This document shows positions 8,617 through 17,534 of a DNA stretch of 64,000 nucleotides, piece after piece. The position numbers and the translations under genes were made by a program. Each line of letters opens with the position of its first letter. Position 1 is the stretch's first letter. The stretch spans positions 4,295-68,294 of the forward strand of contig JBGPKR010000003.1 in the NCBI GenBank assembly GCA_041486045.1, given 5' to 3'. The stretch is from Chitinophagaceae bacterium. Lineage in GTDB: Bacteria; Bacteroidota; Bacteroidia; Chitinophagales; Chitinophagaceae. Under the pieces are notes generated by a model, which was not told where the DNA came from, did no database searches, and saw only the letters and a program-made list of their open reading frames with translations.

Positions 8617-9798
8617 ATGAAAAAAATAATAAGTGTAATCACGTTTGCAACGGTGCTGGCGGCCTGCAACAGTAAATCAACCGGTAAAAAATTTGAAGTA
8701 GCTGGTACTATCAGCAACAATCCTGCAAAAATAATTTACCTCGAAGAAGTCCCGATGACCACCATGCAGCGTATTGTGGTGGATTCTGCAGTTATCGGGA
8801 AAGGCGGAAAATATTTACTGAAAACAGATAGCAAAGAAGCGTCTGCCTATACGTTGCGGCTGGACCAGAGCACCTATCCCCTGGCTGCTGTTATCAATGA
8901 TGCTTCAAGGATCACGTTGGATGCCAGCTTTAATAAAGAGAATAGCCAGTTTGCAGAAAGCTATGAGGTAAAAGGTTCGGAAGCCAGCCGGCAAATGAAA
9001 GATTTCATGGTTACATTGAATAGCAAATTGCAGGCTATTTTTTTTAATGATAAAAAAACAGACAGCCTTCAAAGAGCGGGAGCCACGGACAGTATCATTT
9101 CCGGTTTGCAAAAGGAAAGAACACAGCTTGCAGCCGAAGTAAGAAATTTTATAACAAGTTCTGTCAGCCAGTCGGCCAATCCTGCGCTGACCATGTTTGA
9201 ACTGGGAAATTACCAGACCACGGCCAATAATCCCGGCTTCAAACTGGAACCGGTATCCATGGAGGAAGTGATCAAGATAGTGAATGAAACCGCATCAAGA
9301 TTTCCTGCGCACCAGGGAGTGGCGGCCATAAAAAGAATGCTGGATGGGCAAATGACTAAAACCGAAGGCTGGGTAGGGAAGGAAGCCCCGGAGATTGCCA
9401 TGCCGGATGTAAACGGGAATGAGATCAGGCTAAGCTCTTTCCGGGGAAAATATGTACTTGTTGATTTCTGGGCCAGCTGGTGCAGGCCCTGCCGCCTGGA
9501 AAACCCCAATGTGGTGGCGGCGTATAATAAGTTTAAGAATAAAAATTTCATGATCCTGGGAGTTTCACTCGACTACCCGGATGGGAAGGACAAATGGTTG
9601 AAGGCAATAAAGGATGATAATCTTACCTGGACACAGATCAGTGATCTGAAAGCATGGGAAAGCGCAGTGGTTCCTGTGTATAATTTTGGTGAAACCGGTA
9701 TCCCTTACAACATACTGGTGGACCCGCAGGGAAAAATTATTGCTGAAAGATTAAGGGGAAGTGAACTGGAGTCCAAACTGGCGGAAGTATTAAAATAA
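8617..9798 (+). CDS. TlpA/ResA-type thiol:disulfide oxidoreductase lipoprotein
   Basis: Lipobox LAAC; C-terminal DFWASWCRPCRLENP thioredoxin fold. Confidence 0.92.
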   Translation: MKKIISVITFATVLAACNSKSTGKKFEVAGTISNNPAKIIYLEEVPMTTMQRIVVDSAVIGKGGKYLLKTDSKEASAYTLRLDQSTYPLAAVINDASRITLDASFNKENSQFAESYEVKGSEASRQMKDFMVTLNSKLQAIFFNDKKTDSLQRAGATDSIISGLQKERTQLAAEVRNFITSSVSQSANPALTMFELGNYQTTANNPGFKLEPVSMEEVIKIVNETASRFPAHQGVAAIKRMLDGQMTKTEGWVGKEAPEIAMPDVNGNEIRLSSFRGKYVLVDFWASWCRPCRLENPNVVAAYNKFKNKNFMILGVSLDYPDGKDKWLKAIKDDNLTWTQISDLKAWESAVVPVYNFGETGIPYNILVDPQGKIIAERLRGSELESKLAEVLK

Positions 9799-9815
9799 AA
9801 AGTATTTGTATACAT

Positions 9816-9852
9816 AAAAAAATCCCCCGATAGTTATCGGAGGATTTTTTTT
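9816..9852. terminator. Bidirectional intrinsic terminator
   Basis: A-tract, aatcccccgat-agtt-atcggaggatt, T-tract; between convergent genes. Confidence 0.8.
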
Positions 9853-9871
9853 ATACATGTTCTTTAATATA

Positions 9872-11644
9872 TTAATTATCCCAGAATGGTTTTCCACTCT
9901 GCAGATTGGCGGCTTTTTGGCCGGGACAGTGCAAATTATTATCAAGCTCTGATTGAGGATAAAACAGGGTTCTTGGAACCGCAGTAACGGTATTAATGTT
10001 ATTAACAGGAATAGAAAGAACAGGAAAACCTGTTCTCCTCCAATCGTTCCAGGGTTCAACAGACACGCCAAACAACGCAATATATTTTTCTTCAATGACC
10101 TGTTGAATCTGTTGTGCAGTAGTGCCGCTTAATGTACCATAAGAAGCCAGGTAAGTAGCTATATCAACTGCGGCCACACCAGCCTCCTGCATGGAAGCAG
10201 TGATACCGGCAGTAAAGAATGCCTGGGCGCTGCCGGGCGCACCTCTCAAAGCAGCTTCGGCACGGATAAAATTATATTCGGCAAAAGTGATCATGCGCTG
10301 GGCAGCAGCTCCTGTATAAGTAAACGGTTGTACGTAGGGTAGTGTTGGGCTTGCATATCCCGCCGGTGTGGCGGCACCTCCAACAGTAGCACCACGAAGA
10401 AATGTATGAATACGGCTGTAATTACTGTTGGCAGCAAGGGGGGGCTTTACAGCAGATACACCTCTGTACGCAGGTGAAAATGTGATTGAATTGCCTGAAG
10501 GAATAGAGGCAAAACTATATCCAGCAGTTTCATCATCATTAACAGTTATACTTGAGTCTGCGTTAATGGCTTTAACTATAGTAAATACGGGTATACCTGG
10601 TCCGCTTACAGTCATACCTGCACGAATTCCAAAAATAATAGGAGTAGCAAAAGGAATTCTGATACCTCCGGCTATAGCAGAGGTTGCGCCATTTGTTGTT
10701 TGGCTAAAAGAGGTAAAAGGAAACGGGAAAATGGCAAAATAAAATGGCCTTCTCGGATCTGATTTTGTATTCATCCTTTCTGTCATATTCCGGTCAGAAA
10801 ATAAATAATTGGGCCTGCTGACTTCAAACTGGGAAATGGGGTTACGTTGGTTGGCCACATCAAAAAAAGGAGTGGAGAAATTATCAGCATTGGAAGCTAA
10901 AAATGTAATACCGGCAGTGTTTACCAGCGTTGTTATTTGCGCTACACAAAAAGCAGGGTCTATTTTGCTGTAATGCAATAATAAGCGCAGCTTTAGTGTA
11001 TTGGCCAGCTTTATCCATTGGGGTTTTGCGGCGGCAAAACTTCCGCCATTAGTATAGATCATTGAATTGGTGCCTGGTGAAAGAAAACTGGCTGGCTGGT
11101 TCAGGTCAGCTATCCCGTCTGTCAGCAATTGGATAAGCTTAGGGTAAATAGTGGCATCATCATCATAATGCGGCTGTGAATTGGCAGTTAATAGTTGTGC
11201 TTCAGAATAAGGCACTTTGCCCCATACATCCACTACTAATGAATACTCGTAAGCTTTCATGATCTTGGCAACACCTGTATAATAAGGGCTGGCTGCTCCC
11301 TGGTTGATGATTAACTGCAGGTCGCTTAATGTTGTGGCATTAATACTTGACCATACATTGTTCTGGTCGGTCGGGGAAATATTATACCTGTAATATTCGA
11401 AGGTCTGGTTGGGCGATGAAGCTTCCCCCGACATCATCTGCATAATAACAGTCGCGTACCTGAACAGGTCACTGCCCCCTTCAAAGCTCAGGTTCACCTG
11501 TGTTGAAGTAAGCAACTGGGCTAACGGGCTGTTGGAGTCAGGAAGGGCTTCCGGATTCTTATTTACATCCAGAAATTTTTTACAGGAGCTTATGCCGATT
11601 ATCCCTGCAAAGAAAATGATCAATTTAAAATATCTGAGTTTCAT
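9872..11644 (-). CDS. SusD/RagB-family outer-membrane lipoprotein with ~80-aa internal insertion
   Basis: Lipobox ISSC; DVWGKVPYSEA, SDPRRPFYF, FAEYNFIRAEA, WNDWRRTGFP, PRTLFYP; directly downstream of susC. Confidence 0.93.
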   Translation of the reverse strand: MKLRYFKLIIFFAGIIGISSCKKFLDVNKNPEALPDSNSPLAQLLTSTQVNLSFEGGSDLFRYATVIMQMMSGEASSPNQTFEYYRYNISPTDQNNVWSSINATTLSDLQLIINQGAASPYYTGVAKIMKAYEYSLVVDVWGKVPYSEAQLLTANSQPHYDDDATIYPKLIQLLTDGIADLNQPASFLSPGTNSMIYTNGGSFAAAKPQWIKLANTLKLRLLLHYSKIDPAFCVAQITTLVNTAGITFLASNADNFSTPFFDVANQRNPISQFEVSRPNYLFSDRNMTERMNTKSDPRRPFYFAIFPFPFTSFSQTTNGATSAIAGGIRIPFATPIIFGIRAGMTVSGPGIPVFTIVKAINADSSITVNDDETAGYSFASIPSGNSITFSPAYRGVSAVKPPLAANSNYSRIHTFLRGATVGGAATPAGYASPTLPYVQPFTYTGAAAQRMITFAEYNFIRAEAALRGAPGSAQAFFTAGITASMQEAGVAAVDIATYLASYGTLSGTTAQQIQQVIEEKYIALFGVSVEPWNDWRRTGFPVLSIPVNNINTVTAVPRTLFYPQSELDNNLHCPGQKAANLQSGKPFWDN

Positions 11645-11662
11645 AATTACTTTTTTTATTAA

Positions 11663-14600
11663 TTAAAAGCTGAGGTTTAATCCTACTCCAATAGAACGTG
11701 TTTGTGGTAAAGCGTTAAACTCTATGCCCCCTGCATTGCTGATACCCTGAACATTTTGTTCCGGGTCCAGGTGCGGATAGAACGGAGCATTCAGGTAAAG
11801 GTTGCGCCCAAACACATTCAATGAAGCGCTGCTAAAAGGTGTTCTTTTCAGGAAATCTGAAGGCAATGTATATGAAACAGATGCTTCCCTTATCCGGAAC
11901 CAACTGGTTTTAAACATAAAGCCTTCTGCAGCGGCATATTTTCCGGCATTGCCAAAATATTGCTCCGCTGAAAGATAAGTGGTGTTTGGCTGGCCATTGG
12001 CATATACTGCATCAAAAATATAGGGCTTCTGCAATACACCGGCAGCATCATACCTCGGGTATTTGGCTGTTTCAATCGCTGCACCATTCCGCTGCAGGTC
12101 GGCTACGTTCCGGCTGTACAGATCACCGCCTTCCTTAATCTCCATCAGGAAAGACATAGTAATTGCTTTAAAGGTCATGGTATTAGTAATGCCCATTGTA
12201 TATTTAGGGTTCTGATTTCCAATCTTCACATTACCCGTGGTAACAAGTGGAAGACCATTGGCGCCAACAACTATCTTATTGCCTTTGTTGGGGTCTCTTA
12301 CATAAGCGTTGCCATATAACTCTCCGTATTCCTGACCAACAACCAACCGGGTATTAGGAGTTACAAATGAACTAATAGAGATATTGGTAAGGCCTTCTGC
12401 CAGTGAATTCACGACAGCTTTAAACTGAGTATAAGCAAGGTAAATGTTCCAGTTAAAGGATTTTGTTTTGAATGGTGTAACGCCAACACCAAGCTCCACT
12501 CCATTGTTGGTAAGGTCGCCGGCATTTTTTACCTGAGAGGTTATACCTGTAGTGGCGGAAACGCCTGCTGCAAAAATTAGTTTTTTTGATTGTTGTTTGT
12601 AGCGGGTAGCCTCAATGGTCAGGCGGCCTTTAAAAAATGACAGCTCAGCGGCGATCTCTCTATTCTTGGTAAACTCAGGTCCAAGGGCGGGGTTACCTGC
12701 AGAATTACCCAACGAATAACCCACCTGGCTATTAAAGGGGTAAGCAATAGAAGGTCCGAAGCCATCAGCAGAACTGGCAACAAAAAAGTAAGAGTCGGTG
12801 GCATATACAAAATCGCCTGCCTTACCTACGGATGCAAAATTACCCCTGATCTTAATTGATTCAATGATTTTACTTTTCAGCTTGGGAAATAGTTCAGTGA
12901 TATTAACGGAGCCTCCCGCACCATAGTACAAGTAAGAGTTTTTATTAACCTTGAAAGTGGAGGCCCAGTCATTTCTGAGGGTACCACTCAAAGTGAAAAT
13001 GCTTTTATAACTTACATCAAGGTTGCCATACAAACCTAAGAACCTTGTTTTTGAAGAATTGTTTTGAGGGGCAGGGCTGAACGTGGTTGTATTGCTTAAT
13101 TGTTCAAAATCCCGAACAATAACTCCTTTACCATCCAGTTGTGATGCATTGCTATAGATCTGCTGGAATTCTGTGCCTCCTATAAACGTCCCGCTCCAGC
13201 TTTTGATCCTCTTGCTGGCCGTGATAAATGCATTGGAGTTCAGGCTGCGGTAATTGCTTCTTGTTTCCCGAACAGCACCTGCTCCATTTGCAGTGGTATT
13301 TCCCTGTCCGCGGTCCCCGATCTGGTCATAAGCGTGCTGAAAAACAGAATAAACATCAGCACCTACTTTATAATCCGCCTGTAACCATTTAGTGAGTTTG
13401 AAATTAAAGGAAACATTTCCAATGAACCGGTTGATCTCATCACGGTAACGGGTATTCTTTATGGCCCAATATGGATTATCAGCAGCGGCAATTGTAGCAG
13501 GATTTAAATATCGTTGATTGCCTGTTGCAGGATCTTCCCATTGCAGACCACTTAGGTTATAACTTCTTGGTATGAACCATCCACGGAATAATGGGTTGCT
13601 CAACTGGTTTCCCTGTTGTGTTCTCCTGGAAGCATTATTGGAATAATTCCCGCTTGCAGTAACAGTCAGGTAGTTATTGACTTTTGAACTTGTATTTAAT
13701 GATAAATTATGACGGATCAATTCATTATTTTCCAACACTCCTTTGTTTTTCAGGTAGCCATAAGAAAAACGAAAAGTGTTTTTATCGGATCCACCTGAAA
13801 AAGCAATATTGTTTTGCCAATTCATTCCCTGGCGGAAAATATCCTTCACATTGTTAGGGTAAGCCTGCAGAACCTCAGTTCTATCATTTATGTTTGTTAG
13901 GGGATTATAGGCAGTTGTAACAGTTTGTCCCGTGATGCGTGGCCCCCATGATGATTCTGTGGAGGCGGAAAAAACTCCACCAGTTCCCTGGGCATACTCA
14001 TTTTGGAAAGACGGCATGCGGTCCACACTTTCAAGCTGGTAAGTGGTGGAATATTGAATCGCATTTTTTTGACCGGCTTTACCCTTTTTCATTGTAATTA
14101 GTATAACTCCGTTTGCTGCCCTTGATCCATATAATACAGCAGCAGAAGCGCCTTTCAGTACACTGATGCTTTCAATATCATCCTGGTTCAGGTCAATAGC
14201 CCTGTTGGAACGGGGCACACCATTTTGAACTGCAAAACCACCACCGCTGTTATCAATGGGAATGCCATCCACCACAAACAAGGGCTGGTTGGAACCAGTG
14301 AAAGTAGTATAGCCGCGGATAAGGATGCTGGAGCCGGTAAAAGAACCTCCACTACCACTAATCCTTACACCGGGTATTTTTGACGCCAGGGCATTGGTAA
14401 TATTGGTAGTGTGGGCCTGCGTCAGTTCGGTAGCGCTGAGTTGACTTACACCATAACCCAATGTCTTTCTATCTTTTTTAATACCAAATGCAGTCACCAC
14501 TACCTCCGACATTGTTTTGTCCTCATTTTTCAATGTCGCATCAACAACTGCTGATGTTCCAATTGCCATTTCAACAGGACTCATGTCAACTGCTGAAAAA

Positions 14601-14809
14601 ACAAGTGCTTTAGCATTTGCCGGAACAGTAAGGGAGTATGTCCCGTCTGCTTTTGTAATTGTACCGGTAGTTGTTCCTCTTACCATTACCGATACATTCT
14701 GAAGAGGAGTGCCTTTATCATTGGTAACCTTACCGCTGATTGTGCGTTGTGCAATTGCCTGGGCGGCGAAAAACACAACTCCCCAAAGGAGTAAAAACAA
14801 TTTTCTCAT
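11663..14809 (-). CDS. SusC/RagA-family TonB-dependent receptor
   Basis: EVVVTAFGIKK, PLFVVDGIPI, DIESISVLKGASAAVLYGSRAANGVILIT, C-terminal SF; start taken as ATG-AGA-AAA at 14809 (alternative ATG at 14815). Confidence 0.96.
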   Translation of the reverse strand: MRKLFLLLWGVVFFAAQAIAQRTISGKVTNDKGTPLQNVSVMVRGTTTGTITKADGTYSLTVPANAKALVFSAVDMSPVEMAIGTSAVVDATLKNEDKTMSEVVVTAFGIKKDRKTLGYGVSQLSATELTQAHTTNITNALASKIPGVRISGSGGSFTGSSILIRGYTTFTGSNQPLFVVDGIPIDNSGGGFAVQNGVPRSNRAIDLNQDDIESISVLKGASAAVLYGSRAANGVILITMKKGKAGQKNAIQYSTTYQLESVDRMPSFQNEYAQGTGGVFSASTESSWGPRITGQTVTTAYNPLTNINDRTEVLQAYPNNVKDIFRQGMNWQNNIAFSGGSDKNTFRFSYGYLKNKGVLENNELIRHNLSLNTSSKVNNYLTVTASGNYSNNASRRTQQGNQLSNPLFRGWFIPRSYNLSGLQWEDPATGNQRYLNPATIAAADNPYWAIKNTRYRDEINRFIGNVSFNFKLTKWLQADYKVGADVYSVFQHAYDQIGDRGQGNTTANGAGAVRETRSNYRSLNSNAFITASKRIKSWSGTFIGGTEFQQIYSNASQLDGKGVIVRDFEQLSNTTTFSPAPQNNSSKTRFLGLYGNLDVSYKSIFTLSGTLRNDWASTFKVNKNSYLYYGAGGSVNITELFPKLKSKIIESIKIRGNFASVGKAGDFVYATDSYFFVASSADGFGPSIAYPFNSQVGYSLGNSAGNPALGPEFTKNREIAAELSFFKGRLTIEATRYKQQSKKLIFAAGVSATTGITSQVKNAGDLTNNGVELGVGVTPFKTKSFNWNIYLAYTQFKAVVNSLAEGLTNISISSFVTPNTRLVVGQEYGELYGNAYVRDPNKGNKIVVGANGLPLVTTGNVKIGNQNPKYTMGITNTMTFKAITMSFLMEIKEGGDLYSRNVADLQRNGAAIETAKYPRYDAAGVLQKPYIFDAVYANGQPNTTYLSAEQYFGNAGKYAAAEGFMFKTSWFRIREASVSYTLPSDFLKRTPFSSASLNVFGRNLYLNAPFYPHLDPEQNVQGISNAGGIEFNALPQTRSIGVGLNLSF

Positions 14810-14840
14810 GAGCATTTAGTTTTAGTATATAATTGAAATC

Positions 14841-14880
14841 AAGTCCCTCCTGATCCTCTCGAAGAGACCAAAGGGGGCTT
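14841..14880. promoter_or_regulatory. GC-rich hairpin just upstream of susC (terminator or leader structure)
   Basis: aagtccctcc...agggggctt outer stem enclosing ctctcgaagag; function unknown. Confidence 0.35.
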
Positions 14881-15060
14881 GAAATTAAAGAACCTTATAC
14901 AAAAAAGTCAAAAAAACATTCAGTTTTTGAAAAACAGCCTGTTAATTGAAATTTTAGCCTTTTCCTTCCTTAATATCGGACAATTTCCCGGAACGGTTTG
15001 CTGCTTTAAAAACTAGCAGCCTGCCACCTGTTTAATATACTGTAAAAGTAATGAAATCAG

Positions 15061-17378
15061 TTATTTCTTTATCCGGATTATCGAAATTAAAATAGAGGGC
15101 AGCAATACCAGGTTGGTAAGGGTGGCTGTAATGAGTGTAAGGGAGGTTAGCCAGCCCAAAGCCTTGGTACCATCGAAACCACTAAAACAGAAGATAATGA
15201 AGCCGGCAATCAGCACTAATGATGTGTAAATAATACTGATACCGGTGCTGTGGATGGTGTCAATCACGGTTTGTTTCATATTGAAATTGTTCCGGGGCAG
15301 TTCCTGTTTATAATTAACAAGAAAACGGATCGTTACATCTATTGCAATACCAAGTGCAACACTGAAAACCAGCACAGTAGAAGGTTTTAACGGAATTCCC
15401 GCCCAACCCATTATGCCCGCCGTGATCAGCAGCGGAATAACATTTGGAATAAGAGAGCAAACTAAAATCCGGGCCGAACGAAAAAGATACAACATACACA
15501 GGGCTATCAGCGAAAAAGCCCAGAGAATACTGTCCTCCAACCCATGGATAATATACCGGCTGCCTTCCAGGAAAGTTACACTGGTGCCGGTAAGCTGCAC
15601 ATTATACTTGTCTTTCGCAAAAAGCTGGTTTACCCTCACAGAAATGCTGTCGAGGATAACCGGCAGCCGTTTGCTGCCAACATCTTTCATACTCACACTG
15701 ATCCGGGCCTGCTGGCGGGAGATGTCCATGAAGGTGGATGCCAGTTTTTCAAAAGAATTTTTTGTCTTGACTGAATCTTTACCGGGATTGAGGTATTGTG
15801 ACAAGGCGGGCAATGCATATTCGCCGGGCATAATGTAATAAGAACTATCTCCATCATTAAATGACTGGTTGGCAAATTTCAATCCGTCGGTAATACTGAG
15901 AGGGCGGCCCACATCCTTAAGGCTGGCCAGAAATTGTGACAGGGAATCAATACGTTCAAGGTTATTTAAATTGACGACCCCTTTTTTCTTTTTTGTATCC
16001 ACTACGATCTCCAGCGGCATTACTCCTTTAAAATTATCTTCAAAAAAACGCAGGTCAGTATAAAGTTTGTCCGACTTGGGCAGATCATCCACTATGTACC
16101 CAAGGGTTTTTAATTTGAAAATGCCGGCAACTGAAAGGGCGACAATACAGATAGTAACAGTGTAGATAAGCTTACGATGATTAAGCGACCATCTTTCCAA
16201 CCCGTCCAGCATGCGGTTCAGCCCAGGGTTTTGAAGGTATTTGGTATGCCGGCTTTTCGGCGGCGGTAAAAAACTAAGTACTGCAGGAATAAAAATTAAT
16301 GAAATAAAAAACAGGGCAATAATGTTGATACCTGCCACGATGCCAAACTCTTTCAGTATCTGGCTTTGCGTTAATGCAAACACGGCAAAGCCAATAGCAG
16401 CTGCCAGGTTGCAGAATAGGGTCACAATACCCATCCGTTCCACCATCATCTCCAGGGATTTTCTCTTATCGCCTGTTTCGTTATAAGCAGTATGAAATTT
16501 ATTGAGAAAATAAATGCAGTTTGGAATGCCGATCACAACAATTAAAGGGGGTATCAGTGCATTCAGGATACTTATTTTAAAACCAAACAGCTGGATGGTG
16601 GCAAAACTCCAGATCACCCCAAGCATGACTACGGTTAAGGAGAGCGACATGGAACTGAAGCTGCGGAAAAATAATAATAAAATGATAGCGGAAAGAATAA
16701 AGGATGCCAGGATGAACATCCGCATTTCTTTTACGATCCTTACCGACAATTCTGTGCGGATATGCGGTAAGCCGCTTTTATACACGGTAAGATCATTGGC
16801 TTTGCCAAAATCATCGGCCAGCTTGCTGATGTTGTGCACAATGTCTATGCGGTCTTTGGATGCCATCAGGTTCTTATTGATGCGTACACCCATCAGCCAG
16901 GCATGTGTGACCGGGTTGTATAAAATTTGCCGGTAAAAAGGGAGATTTAAAAATATCTTTTTGCCGCTGTCAATCTCTGCCTGTGTAAGTATCCTTTCGG
17001 CGAAAATCGTATCGGCTTTTAATTTTTCTGTTTCCGGAAGTTTTACAAGATTAACGGCTGAGGTAACAGCAATAATATCATCCACCCCTTTTACTTTTCT
17101 CAGGCTGCGTTGTAGGGAGGCATAGTCATTAAATAATTTTTCTTCAAAAAGTTTATCGGTTTGTATGCCGATAACAAGAAGGTTCCCGTCCTCACCGAAT
17201 TTTTTCGGAATTCCTGGTAAGCCTTGTATTTGGGATTATTGATGGGGATCGCCCTGGAAAAATCATAACTCAATTGCACCTTGCTGGCATGCCAGGCCAT
17301 AAAACCGGTGGCAACTGCAAGAACCAGTAACAGCGGTAAACGATATTTCAAAATAAATTTTCCGAGGCTATGCCACAT
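15061..17378 (-). pseudogene. MMPL/RND-superfamily transporter split by a 1-nt frameshift (or sequencing indel)
   Basis: N-terminal ORF 17100-17378 joins 15061-17085 if one A is added to the A6 run (T6 at 17200-17205), giving EFRKKFGEDGNLLVIGIQTDKLF...; two SSD-like TM halves. Confidence 0.85.
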
Positions 17379-17431
17379 AAGCAGTAGGGGAATTGTAAGG
17401 TTGCAAAGAAACGTAAAAACAGGGCAAAAAG

Positions 17432-17520
17432 GTCAAATAAGTCAAAGCAGTTAAATGAGTCATAATAGTCAGATAAATCACGTATGACCTATATGACTTA
17501 TCTGACATTTCTGACTTTAG
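17432..17520. repeat. Inverted pair of 9-bp tandem arrays
   Basis: gtcaaataa gtcaaagca gttaaatga gtcataata gtcagataa // tgacctata tgacttatc tgacatttc tgactttag. Confidence 0.8.
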
Positions 17521-17534
17521 AATACTTTTGAAGA

